Positions 30,790-43,424 of a stretch of 64,000 bases of DNA are shown piece by piece. Below the pieces are notes generated by a model that worked only from the letters and a program-made list of their open reading frames with translations, searched no databases and had not been told where the DNA came from. This DNA comes from Octopus vulgaris (lineage: Eukaryota), in the NCBI GenBank assembly GCA_951406725.2, contig OX597816.1, forward strand, positions 86,118,001 to 86,182,000, in the 5' to 3' direction. The number at the start of each line of letters is the position of its first letter. Position 1 is the first letter of the stretch. The translations under genes and the position numbers were made by a program.

Positions 30790-31990
30790 CTTTGAAGGCA
30801 GCTTCCTGAGCAAAATTCTTTGTCTGATAACCTAGAATACATGTCCAAAGAAATCACACGACTCTACCGCAACGTATCATCTGATGAAAGGTTAAGACTA
30901 TATGAGCAGAAGACTATGCATGGATACGTTAGGAGAAAGATGATAGTAACACTGATCATAAACGCAGTTTATCATGGATCAATAGGCGGATTTCTACCTC
31001 CCACTTTGAAGGATATGCGTTTGCAATCCAAGAACAGGAAATATTAACGAAGTACCTGATACACAAAAGGGATAGATATGCTGGAAAGCAGTGAAATATG
31101 ACAACAAATGCAGACTTTGTGGAGCTAACACAGAAGATATCACCCAAATCATAAGCAGTTATCCGAAAATGTCATAACGGTATTATCTACCGATGATACA
31201 TGACGTTGTAGCTAGGACACACTGTAATGAAATATGTCGGAAGGATAATCACTAGGACAAAAAAATAAGAAACTACAATATGGTAGAATCCATTGCCAGT
31301 CATAATAAAAAAGAATACTGGTGGAATGAACCAGTGAAGACCTCAATAAAATGTAAGCACAGCAGACCTGATATAATGATTTGGGTTAGAGAAGAGAAAG
31401 TGTGCACAGTTGTGAAAATTAGCTGCCCAGCGGACGTTAACATACAGCTGAAGATCAGTGAAAAAGAGAATACCCATGCTGAACTATTGACATACAGATT
31501 CTCTGTCCAGATTATAAGTTCAGATTTATAACTGTAATTATTGGGGTCCTGGGATATGTAACACACTGCCTAAATAACAATCTTGAGAAATTAAGCTTCG
31601 CAAAACCAGGCAGGAGAAGGCTAATTCGAAGATTACAGATACAATCCATGAATCGAACTGTAAAAGTCTGTAAAACATTCCAGATGTTTATCATTTAAAT
31701 ATATATGAGCATGGCTAGATATGCAACTATAAGCTTGAGAATACATACATACATACATACATACATACATACATACATAAATAAATACATACATACATAC
31801 ATACATACATACATACATACGTACATACATACGTACATATATACATACATACATGTATGCATGCATACAAACATACAAGCAAAAGCACTGTAGTTGATGT
31901 TGAAATTCCAATGAGGGAGCCTTGGATCTAGGTTAGAAATCGACTCTTTCTCTATCCGCAAGAAATGTTGAAATAATCTAAATAATGACA
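30790..31990 (+). mobile_element. RLE-type (R4/NeSL-like) non-LTR retrotransposon, decayed 3' portion
   Basis: Zinc knuckle CRLCGANTEDITQIISS, then HDVVA, KHSRPDIMIW..ISCPAD..EKENTHAEL (PD..D/E-type nuclease) and VIIGVLG; 3' UTR embedded in (ACAT)n. Confidence 0.85.
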
Positions 31991-32014
31991 TACATACATA
32001 CATGCATACATACA

Positions 32015-32048
<34 letters not shown>

Positions 32049-32118
32049 CATACATACATACATAAATACATACATACATACATACATACATACATACATA
32101 CATACATACATACATACA

Positions 32119-32149
<31 letters not shown>

Positions 32150-32558
32150 GTACATACATACACGATAGACTCACCCGTCGAAGACGACGTATGTACATTC
32201 GGGTATTGCCGAACGACCTTCACAAATAATTTGTTTACAATGATCGAACGTATGTGCTATACATCAGCACCTTCTCTCCATCAAATCGACGTTGACTGAA
32301 CAGCTGCACGGTGTAACACACGTGAGGTGACGAAGTGATCGCAGAGCAATTTCAAATGAATTATTCTACTCATGAATACAACGAAACACCCAGTCTAGTA
32401 ATTGAAACCGTGATCTCACGATCGTAAATGCATTAGTCTCATCACTACGACACTCATTAATGCTACTTATGTATGTTAGTAATCTTCAGTTATATGTTAG
32501 TATTGGTAAACAATTATATTTTGTCAAGATTTAGATTTTTCGTTTTGATTATATTTTT

Positions 32559-32604
<46 letters not shown>

Positions 32605-33052
32605 AATATAACTTTAAATGTTTTATATAATGCCAAAGCTTTCTGTCTAGTATTTTTATTTGTTTATCATTGCATGTTATTAACTATTTTTGGAACATGA
32701 TCAGGATTCAGAAAACAGTAAAAGAACGGAAAGAAAGAGAAGATAATTTGTCTCGTTAGATATTCAATTTTGTACTACAATCTGAAAGGAACTAGCTTTT
32801 GGATATAATTATTTTTAGTGAAATATACGTAGGAAAGCCCACACACACAAAAAAATTCAGTGAATATGCATGTATTAATACACACAGAATTACACACACA
32901 CATATATACACACAAAAATCTTCATGCATGTATAGATATGTATGTAATATATGTATGTATATATATATAAATGCATAAGTATATACATCTATATAAATAT
33001 ATATATATACATATATACACACACATATATATATAATATATGATATATATAT

Positions 33053-33090
<38 letters not shown>

Positions 33091-33099
33091 TTAGTGAAT

Positions 33100-33380
33100 G
33101 AAGAAATGAGTTGAACGAAGATTGAACAGAAATCGTTTTATTGCATTCTACGTGTTTCGAAAGGCACAATTTACCAAATTCCGATTGAATAAGGAGACCA
33201 TATTGTGTCTTTCTCTTCGGAAGAAATAGAAATCCGTTGAAAAACAAAAACAGAACCGAGGCGGAGCAAAACAAATCGAACGAGGCTCCTAAGAGCCCAT
33301 GGCAAACTGTTTATCAATGTATGTTGAAAAACGGGTGGTGGGTGCGTTGAAGATTTTAACGGGTCTCAACAAGATTATTC
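33100..33380 (-). mobile_element. Penelope pLTR-like solo repeat with a degenerate hammerhead
   Basis: Minus strand CCGAAGA-GAAAGACACAAT...ATTGTGCCTTTC-GAAAC-AC-GTA then AATAAA; long stem II resembles the motif at 40221; lies between (TA)n tracts. Confidence 0.55.
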
Positions 33381-33393
33381 ATCTTTCTATTTC

Positions 33394-33437
<44 letters not shown>

Positions 33438-33830
33438 TACATATATATTCATGTATTATGTATGTATGTAAATATGGCCCTCGGCTGGATTCCACGTTGC
33501 AGACTCAGGTGTTCGAACAACTGAATTGTCACTCGAAATGGTTTGAAACACGATGATCATTCCGCAGGTATGTGCATAACGTAATAGAAGAGCTGACTCA
33601 ACGTGACAGGGTATGCCGTACGTTGGAATGACAAGTTTAATGCATTCAACAAGATTCTTTCTAGCTTCACTATCAAGTTATACGGTGACTTGTGTATATA
33701 GAAAATGAGATTAATGGAAAATGCAATCCCTGAAGGTCGAACCTGAGAAATCGTGCTTGAGAAAGAGGAATTTAAACATTCGGCCGTACTTCTATATGTG
33801 TACATTGCTACTCACGCAAAAGCACGCTGA

Positions 33831-33911
<81 letters not shown>

Positions 33912-33962
33912 GCATATATATATATATGGCTCTCTCTTTCCCAAACAGAAAATCTAAATGTC

Positions 33963-35087
33963 TTGTGTTTGAATGAGATTGCCGAAAAAACATCACAAGT
34001 GGTCAACACACGATCCGTCAAACAGATTCGTAGCAAGTTGAAACATATCGAAGTATCTTTCAAACTGATAAGAGGCCATTATGAAAAGCTTCTACATATT
34101 TTCACAGTTCAAGAACAACAACAGCTAGAAAATCAACAGCCACAACAACAACAACAACAGAATGAGCCACTCCTGGTTCCCAGCACAATGGCTGACCCTG
34201 ACATCGGCCAGGCACAACAACAACAACAACAGCCACAGCAACAAGAACAACAACAGCCACTCCTCAACTCTAGCTTACTAGACGATTCCCTAAATGCCAG
34301 TATCTTTTCACCGCTCTCACAGCAACCACCACAATTATCATCATCATCATCACCACCGCTGCCACCATCGTCTTCTATCACTATATATATATATATATAA
34401 CCAAATAAGAAACCACTGCCCTCTTCCCCCACATCACCACCTCAATACTACTGCAGTAACAAAAACTTAAAGAAACATAGGAAGCAGAATGCGCCCCCCA
34501 CGGCACAAACAAGAAATCCCCAAATATGCCGCTATTCACTGCGCCAGAGACTCTGCACAAATAGTGACTGCATCTTCACGCATCTACCCGGCACTAGACG
34601 CACTACCGGCCAAGGCCAAAGCACGCATCCCACAATAACATCAACACCACCAAATAGTAAATCGAAATTCAAAACACACACAACTCGGAGTCCCAAAATC
34701 TGCCGGTATTCCCAACGTGAGAGAACATGTCTACTGAGTGACTGTCCCTTCACTCATCTTCCAGGGACCCGACGCACAAACAGAAACGGGGCCTCAAGCC
34801 AACACACAAACCTGAATAACAATAAAAATAGAAACACACCATGCTGCAGTAATGCTGGTCCAGTCTTTTCAGGAAGACACAAAAACAACAACAACAAAAG
34901 TGGAAACTATAACCCTATCCAACAGTGCAACCACACCTCCAGCCAAAAACTGCTCCCTAAGCAGGAAAATTCTTTTTTAGCCATGTTGAACATGGCAAAA
35001 GAGATACACAAAAACATTCTAGCCATCACTCAACACCATCCTATGCTATTACCCCAGTGCACCAATTCCCCACATTGCTGCCACTAA
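33963..35087 (+). pseudogene. LINE ORF1 (polyQ/Pro-rich, two CCCH zinc fingers), one in-frame stop
   Basis: The 33963 frame stays open after TAA 34398-34400 (end of a TA run) until TAA 35085-35087; encodes CRYSLRQRLCTNSDCIFTHLPGTRR and CRYSQRERTCLLSDCPFTHLPGTRR. The ORF track misses the second half. Confidence 0.85.
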
Positions 35088-38000
35088 CACACACAAAAAA
35101 TCCAAGCCCCCTGCAACAGTCAAAACCAGCCACTACACTAACCTCCACATTCCTACTCAATGCACAAGGTGTCAGCTCTTCCATCAATGCACAAAAATGG
35201 AAGGTCCAATTCATTGAAGACTGGGTTGGTAACCATTCACACCACATCCCTTTCTTCATTCTCACTGAGACCCACCTTGACAACTCCCACTTGGAAGCCG
35301 AAGTGAGAGTGAAGAATTTCACAACCATCCGCGCGGATCGTATCGGCAGGAGGAAGGGTGGAACTGCCATTTTCCTGCATGATTCATTTACGGCAGATGG
35401 AAATAGTATATTCTCCAACGGCTACTGTGAATCAGTCACCGTGCACAACAAAGCCAATGACCTGATAGTAATTGGGCTCTATAGGCCGCCCCAAACACCC
35501 ATACTGTGCTTCAAAGAATGCCTCAACAGCATTAAGTGCTTTATTCAACAGTGCCATTCTAGCAACATACTCATGATGGGAGACTTCAATCTACCCTGTG
35601 TTGACTGGACTACAAACTGTTTGAAACCAAGCACTACCGCCTCAACCGCTGACAAAGAAGCAGCAGAGTCACTTTTCGACTTTACGAATGAGTTTTTCTT
35701 GTCCCAACTTGTCCTTGCACCAACAAGACATCAGAATATTTTGGACCTAGTGTTTAGTAACCACACTAACACTATACATAACGTTACAGTAGAAAAAACC
35801 CTTCTTTCAGACCATGACATGGTTCTCTGTAACATGAAATTCCACCAGCCGAAAGCTAATCCTTGTGACCTTCCTCCAGCTCACCCATTTGACAACATGG
35901 ATCTCCATAAAGCCAACTGGGATGCAATCAGGAACGAGCTATCAAATGTTGACTGGTCCTTTACACATACACACATCTCCACCAACCATAAAACATCTTG
36001 GCAGATCTTTGTAGACACCGTCACAGACATATGTGCAAAACACTCCCCACCAAGACCTGTGAACAAAAAGTGCAGAATCCCCCAAAACAGAAAAACCATT
36101 ATCAGAAAAATAAAAAGAACAAACAAAAAAATTAACAAACTAAAGTACTGCCAACAGCAACACACACATTCGACGGCTATCGCACTGCTTGAATCCAAAA
36201 AATATAACCTCCAACAATGCATGAAGACCCTCATCAATAACCAAAGATCAGCTGAGGAGAAGTGGGCCATTGAAAAAATCAAACTCAACCCCAAAGTGTT
36301 CTTTTCATTTGCGAGGAAACGCAGGGTCACTGTCTCCACTGTAGGCCCTCTAATTGACGAAACTGGCACTCTCCAAGATAATGCGAAATCCATGGCCGAG
36401 ATACTGCAGAAACAATACTGCTCTGTTTTCAGCAATCCTGATATGGCCGATCTGGGCTGTATCAGTGATGTCAACCCCCAACACACTATATCGGACATAA
36501 CGTTTAGTGCCCCTGATGTCTTAGCGGCGATAAACGAAATAAAACACAATTCAGCAGTAGGCCCCGATAGGTTCCCTGCTTGTGTCCTGAAGGTGTGTCG
36601 ACACCAACTTGCATCTCCCCTTGCTAATATGTGGTGAAACTCACTGGATGCTGGCTATATTCCAAAAAACCTTCTGTCCCAGTCTGTTGTCCCAGTTTTC
36701 AAAAAGGGAAACAAGTCCCTTGCAGTGAATTACCGTCCGATCTCACTCACCTCTCATATCATCAAGGTATTTGAGAGGGTGGTGAGATCTCGAATAACCC
36801 AATTTCTGGAAAGCAACAGACGGCTGATCTCCAACCAACATGGGTTCCGTAATGGAAGGGACTGCCTAACGCAGCTCCTGCATCACTTTGAGGACATTTT
36901 GAGAGCTTTGGGAGAGGGCTCCAACACCGATGTCATCTACCTTGATTTCAGTAAGGCCTTCGACAGGGTCGATCACAAGATCCTATTGAAAAAACTATCC
37001 AACATTGGTGTCTCTGGAAAGTTACTGAAATGGATTAAGTGTTTCCTGACAGACAGATCTCAACATGTTGTAGTTGAAGGGGTAAAATCAAGCCCAGCCA
37101 AAGTCAGTAGTGGCGTTCCGCAAGGCACTGTGCTGGGCCCACTTCTTTTCATCATTTACATTAATGACATTAATGACATCATCAAGCACAGCAACATAAA
37201 AATCTTTGCAGATGACTCCAAGCTACAGAAGGTCATAAATGAGGCGAGTGACCGGACATGCCTTCAGTCAGATCTACTGGCTGTTATCCAATGGGCAGAA
37301 AAAAACAATATGCTGCTGAACGAGGATAAATTTGAGCTAATCCACTTTGGAAAAGAGGATGCCCTGAAACTCCCATACTCCCTTCCTTCAGGTGAAACTC
37401 TCGCGGCGTCCAACAACATCAGAGACTTGGGAGTAATTGTGGATAACAACGTAAGCTGGGCCACTCATATAAACACCAAAGTTGACATGGCCCGCAGAAT
37501 GTGTTCCTGGATTCTCAGAACTTTCCAGTCGAGAGATATCCACACCATTATCCTTCTCTTCTCCACTTTTGCCCGACCCCACCTTGAATACTGTTGTCCA
37601 CTGTGGTCTCCCCACACAATACAAGGTATCATAAAAGTCGAAGCACCTCAAAGGGCAATCACAAAAAAGATAGATGGCATGACAGGCCACGACTATTGGG
37701 GTCGACTAGAAAAGCTAAAACTCTATTCTCTCCAACGTCGTCGTGAGCGCTACATCATCTGCATGATGTGGAAAATATTCCATCAGCATTGCCCAAATGA
37801 TGTTGGCATCACCTTTAAGGTACATCCAAGGCTTGGGCCCCGTGCCATCCGCCCAAAACAAAAATCGCACTCTCATCTCATAACAACAATACGGCACAAT
37901 TATTTCACCTCAATTGGCCCCGCTCTCTTTAACATTACACCAAAACACATTAAAACAGAAACTGACCCTATAGGGTTCAAGAAGTCTTTGGACAGATTCC

Positions 38001-38092
38001 TTCAAGAAATCCCGGATAAACCCCCTACACCCGGATATGTCTCTGTAAACAATAACTCTCTACTTGAGTGGGCCATAGTGCCCAAATTCTGA
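34961..38092 (+). pseudogene. LINE ORF2 (APE endonuclease + reverse transcriptase), single premature TGA
   Basis: APE motifs LTET, GDFN, LDL, SDH; RT motifs NYRPISL, DFSKAFD, GVPQG, FADD. ORFs 35057-36637 and 36725-38092 share a frame, split only by TGA 36635-36637 (plausibly CGA>TGA). Confidence 0.95.
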
Positions 38093-38244
38093 CTTGAAAG
38101 ACTTCACCAGGTGGTGCTATTAAGTTAGACATGGCCTGGGCCAATAATGGCCGAAACCTATCAAAGTATCAAAGTAAAGTATATATATAATATATATATA
38201 TATATTTATATTTATATATATGCATATATATATATATATATATA

Positions 38245-38306
38245 TCCTTAAAACCTTAAAAATGTTTTAGCCCGAAGGCCGCGGCCATGCTGGGGCCCCA
38301 CCACCG
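38245..38306 (-). mobile_element. Isolated 3' tail of a CR1-like LINE or partner SINE
   Basis: Minus strand GGTGGTGGGGCCCCAGCATGGCCGCGGCCTTCGGGCTAAAAC plus TTTTAAGG x2; same tail motif as 12403 and 54707. Confidence 0.65.
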
Positions 38307-38307
38307 A

Positions 38308-38379
<72 letters not shown>

Positions 38380-38420
38380 GAAATAATGGAGTCGAACGAC
38401 GATTTAACAAAATTCCTGTA

Positions 38421-38512
38421 TTATCGACATATGTTTCGAAGACTACATGTTACTAATTTCGAAAGAATAAGGGGTGCATTATGCCGCATTCTCATCAGGA
38501 AAGACAAGGAAC
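38421..38512 (-). ncRNA. Type I hammerhead ribozyme motif (inverted pLTR copy)
   Basis: Minus strand CTGATGA-GAAT..CTTC-GAAAC-ATAT-GTC; core intact, some stem mismatches. Confidence 0.65.
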
Positions 38513-38589
38513 TTATGTCAGCATCATGATGAACAAAAACTTTTAGATACTGCCCACACGGAGTCCATAGTGATAATGGGAGGCAATTA

Positions 38590-39660
38590 GTGGTAAGGGG
38601 AGGCAATCGGCAGCCAACCCCAATTTTCCAGCACAGAAATATTCCCTTTAATGTAAATGGTAACACTCTGAACAATTATAAGTCCACAAAAAACTATATC
38701 TGGTTTGTCATACCTGTCGGAAAACAAATCAAGTCAAACCTTCCTTTACAGATCCGTGAAGCCGTAGCTAGGAACTTTCCCAAGAATTCTAGCTATTACT
38801 CTACTATCAATTCGCATAAGGTAAGGATTGCATTCTCTAACACTAGAAATCTATCGCAAATTATTGCCTCCCATAATAACAAGCTGCTAAATAAGGATTC
38901 TTCACCCGGGAGTTACGACACTGCTCTTACCAGTTCCAACCAAAGATACAATAATAATAATAATAGAAATAGTATTGATAATTGCAACATTCATAGCAGC
39001 GTTGGCATTAACAATGGTAATATTAATAATATTAGTCGGATTATTAACAGTGGTAGTGTTAGTGGTAGTAACGACAACATTTCTAATAACAGTGGTAGTA
39101 TTGGTGATAACAATCCCAGCATTGCTATAGTCAGGGATATTGCCGCCGATAGTACAATTAATAGTAATGACAATAATAGGAATAGTACAGTGGTCAATGC
39201 TAGCAATAATATTAACAGCAATCATAACAATAAAAACTCCGTCTTAGTCTCGGAGGTAAACCCTAACAGATTAAAGTTCTTGTGCAGCAATTCCAAAATT
39301 AGAAATTCCATTTACCAGTGTAAAATTTCTTCCGGTACCGCTGTCTACATTGGGGCGACTACTTCTAAATTATCCCAGAGGATTTCCAATCATTATTCAA
39401 CTTTTCGAGATAAGAGAAAACAACAAATCACAGGACTAAGTAAATTAGTTTGGCGTCTTAAGGACAGCAATATAACTTTCAAGCTGGAATGGTCCATATT
39501 GCCTGTATCCTTTCCGTTTGATAAGGGCAGAACATTTTGTGGCGTCTGTAATTCCGAGCTTTTCCATATACTCTTCGCCAAATTCCCTTTGGTAAACACA
39601 ATGGTAGAAAAATCCTATAGGTGTATGCACTGGAAAGAAACACACCTTTCACTCATATGA
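38590..39660 (+). CDS. Penelope linker + GIY-YIG endonuclease with Asn-rich insertion (no RT)
   Basis: KNYIWF..NFPKN..IIASHNNKLL linker; SIYQC..VYIGAT..RISNH..F; CGVC..E..N..RCMH C-terminus. Confidence 0.8.
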   Translation: MVRGGNRQPTPIFQHRNIPFNVNGNTLNNYKSTKNYIWFVIPVGKQIKSNLPLQIREAVARNFPKNSSYYSTINSHKVRIAFSNTRNLSQIIASHNNKLLNKDSSPGSYDTALTSSNQRYNNNNNRNSIDNCNIHSSVGINNGNINNISRIINSGSVSGSNDNISNNSGSIGDNNPSIAIVRDIAADSTINSNDNNRNSTVVNASNNINSNHNNKNSVLVSEVNPNRLKFLCSNSKIRNSIYQCKISSGTAVYIGATTSKLSQRISNHYSTFRDKRKQQITGLSKLVWRLKDSNITFKLEWSILPVSFPFDKGRTFCGVCNSELFHILFAKFPLVNTMVEKSYRCMHWKETHLSLI

Positions 39661-40210
39661 ATGATGATTAAAATAGATAACCTCATTGAATTTAATAATT
39701 TGGTTCCACTTATACAACACCACCATAGACACATTTTTATACTCCGTTTCATCAAGGACTACTACCAAATTCGTTTGGGTATGTTTTACATTTGTCTCCC
39801 TAACTCACCCTCCTCTCTCTCTCTCTCTTTCCCTCTCTCTATCGTAAGCACAATCTGTCACTTCACCACTGGTTGTTTTGGCATATATCCCCCCACACAT
39901 ACACATACACACACATATACACGAATGCAGTTATATACATACACAAACATAGGCACTCAATCTCATTAGCAAAAGCAAACAACAACACATCACCATACAT
40001 ACGACTTGCACCCAGTCACCTTCATATTCTTAGGAATCTCCCCTTCCAACCTTTTTTGAACTCTTGAACTTTCTAGAATCGTCTCCATTCAACCAATTTT
40101 GACGCCACTGCTTATAACGGAATATTTTAAAGAAACACTCATTATCACTATGGACTCCGTGTGGGCAGTCATCTAAAAGGTTTTGTTCATCATGATGCTG
40201 ACATACGCTC

Positions 40211-40304
40211 CTTGTCTTTCCTGATGAGAAGGTGGCATAATGCACCCCTTATTCCTTCGAAATTAGGAATATGCAGTCTTCGAAACATATGTCGAGAATA
40301 AAGG
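40211..40304 (+). ncRNA. Type I hammerhead ribozyme motif
   Basis: TTTC-CTGATGA-GAAG..(extended stem II)..CTTC-GAAAC-ATAT-GTC-GAGA; intact core, palindromic stem III ACATATGT. Confidence 0.8.
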
Positions 40305-40519
40305 AATTTTGTTAAATCGTCGTTCGCCTCCATTCTTTCATTTATTTATAGTAAAAAAAAACACAAATTTCCACACGAAAGCACGTGATCTCTGCCCTTG
40401 GCATGTAGCTTCAACCGTGTTTTCTGACGTGAATTTGCTACCCGGGTATCGGTTAACCGAATTATCCATACTAGGATAATACATTCAACTACATATATAT
40501 ATATATATATATATTCATG

Positions 40520-40794
<275 letters not shown>

Positions 40795-41333
40795 TGAAGA
40801 TATATACATGGGGCTTGTTTTATGTTTTTTCTATAGTGTGCTAAAAGCAGTGTGAATCGGAATAATTGTGAGGAAATTTGAATTTCAGTAGGACAGAAAT
40901 ACTAATTCAATCACTTTTCACCTGTTACTTTTGTAGGCTCCGTGAAGTGTGAGGTTCTTCCTTTCAGATTAGGTCACGGTTCTTAACATCTCTTCTAAGA
41001 ATATTTAACATGTTTTTCTTTTTGATTTTGGTGTAACTAAGGTTATGCTGTTAGTGGTTCTAATCTTTACGTTTACATATATTTTGTGCACGAGGAGTGT
41101 GAAATTGCAAGACATGTTAATATATGATACATATAAAAAAACCTTCCTGTGTAAGAATTAACAATGTAAAATATTCCTGCGCTTTACATTTGCACTGCGT
41201 CTTTCTAGAAATTGGAAAGGGAACTGCATAAGTTTTATCTCGGGCGGAGCTAATAGTTATACATATTTATGTATATTTGTGTGTCTGTGTGTATGTCTAT
41301 GTATATTTCTGTATACTTATGTGTATGTATGTG

Positions 41334-41438
<105 letters not shown>

Positions 41439-41686
41439 GTATATATAAGAAAAATAAATTATTCGGAGATTTCGATGGTTATACATATACAAATATTTAT
41501 TAACATGTCATATGTTTTTGCAAATCACATGTTTTCATCTACTCTAATAGATTCTTCAGATTTAAATTGCGTGAAGGGATTTGTCTCTTTTTATAGTATT
41601 AGTGAATGGGATGGGTGGAGAGAAAGAGGGGGAGAAAAAGACGAGTAATATGGAGGAAAAGAGGGAGAGGAATGGGGAAATAGTGG

Positions 41687-42747
41687 AGAGAGAAAGTGAG
41701 AGAGAGTGTATGTGTTTTATGTGTGTATGTGTGTGCGCGCGCGCGTGTGTGAGCCTATGTGTCTGAAAGGATGAGTTTTGAACAAGAGATAAAGAAATAG
41801 AATATATATTTCTTATGTAGGTGGCTAGAACAGATGTTTACTGTGGTTCAACTACCTCAGGGAGGTGTCTGAAGGAAAAATGTTTTCAAAGTGAAAAAAT
41901 GTGCAAAATTACTATTGCTCCACCTTTGCCAGCTTCTTTTAAGAATTAAAGAAACAGATTACTGCAAAGAAAGATATTAGAGATTTTTAACAACCAGATA
42001 CACTATAAAGATGAATCAACACACCCGGAGAAAGCAACATTAAAAATATCGGAATATTAGTCAATGAATACCAGGGCTCCTTTACAGACAAGGAGAAAAA
42101 GTATTTATGGAACTCAAGAACCAAAGAAGCAATTATTATGGACTACCTAAAGCACATAAAAGCTCTGAAATACAGAGCCATAAAAGAACAGATTATCCAT
42201 TATATAAGAATACAAAGACCCACGAACCTCACAGTGTGACCAATAGTTGCAGGGCCCCTAGCAACAACACAACTACTACACCACTTCATAGATATACTCC
42301 TCAAACCTTTATGCCCACTGATACCAAGCTACATAAGGGATGACATAGACTTTCTCACACACATTCCAAATACGGTTCCATATTACTAGATGTAGCAAAT
42401 CTATACACGAACATACCACACACCCTGGGTCTGGAGGCGATAAAACACTAGTTAGAAAACTACTGGTAATTGGGTATCAAACTACAGGGAATTCATAGAT
42501 AAACGCTTCAAAACAGATTTTATCACCAAAGCCACCCAATTAATACTTGAAGAAAACATTCACATTTAACAACAAGACATACCGACAGATAAAGGGCACG
42601 ACTATCGGTACGAAATTCGCACCTTCATATGCCAACCTTGTTATGGGTTTCCTTGAGAACAAACTATACGAGGAAATAGGAAAAATCTTCGAACATGACT
42701 TCAGAGAAGACAACAAGAAGACGTGGATTCGCTACCTCGATGAATGT

Positions 42748-42779
<32 letters not shown>

Positions 42780-43299
42780 ATACATAGAGACATTCGTGCA
42801 TCCAGATTTTCCAACCCATACAGACATGAGAATCAAACATTGGACAATGACGATGATGATGATAATAAGTCCAGACAAATGTTTTGAAAAATAACTTTCA
42901 TTATTCATCATCAAAACGGACCCCGCTTAGAGTAACCACCTGGTCTTGCCATTTTCATGGACCAAGAATCAACTTGTCATCTTCTATTGAAGGAACTGAC
43001 CAACTGTATATATATAAACATATTTTTCTCTTTCTTTCTTCTTTCCTTTCTTTGCTTCTCTTTTCCGTTGACATAAAGAAAAAACATTTTTTTACTTTGA
43101 AGCATTTTTCCTTCAGACACGCTCCCGTGAGCTGACTGAACCAAAGTAAGCATCTGTTCTAGCCACCTACATAAAAATATAGATTCCCTTCTTATTTCTT
43201 GTTCAAAACACTTCCTTTCAGATACATAGGCACGCGTGCGCGCACGCATACACACACACACACACACAAAGACACACACTCTCTCTCACTTTCTCCCTC
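41687..43299 (+). mobile_element. Decayed Penelope-like element (RT relic) with inverted terminal copies
   Basis: YYGLPKAHK, YIRDDIDFL, DVANLYTNIP, YRQIKGTTIGTKFAPSYANL and WIRYLDE motifs across frameshifts; 41687-41902 is inverted relative to 43083-43299. Confidence 0.85.
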
Positions 43300-43424
43300 T
43301 CGGATTTCTCTCTTAAAATTTACCTGCAATAAGCGATATAGACTTCAGGGCATGGTTCTAGTATCATTATTATTTGTCACCACCCAAACAGGTTTAAGCT
43401 CACAAGTGAAATCGGACTAATCTC

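Larger units (their letters stand above)
33928..38180 (+). mobile_element. Near-complete young CR1-group LINE inserted in (TA)n
   Basis: ORF1 plus APE-RT ORF2, short 3' UTR with GGCC-AATAAT-GGCC hairpin and a short tandem-repeat tail (TATCAAAG x2, then TAAAGT); TA tracts on both sides. Confidence 0.95.
38372..40490 (+). mobile_element. 5'-truncated Penelope-like element with inverted 5' pLTR
   Basis: GIY-YIG ORF; 38372-38577 is an inverted copy of 40141-40345; both copies carry hammerhead cores. Confidence 0.9.

Noticed and set aside
33963-34400. PolyQ ORF as a host transcription factor
   Set aside because: It is the first half of LINE ORF1, contiguous with APE-RT.
35041-37897. Antisense ORFs over the LINE, up to 222 aa
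   Set aside because: Shadow frames of a long sense ORF; no motifs.
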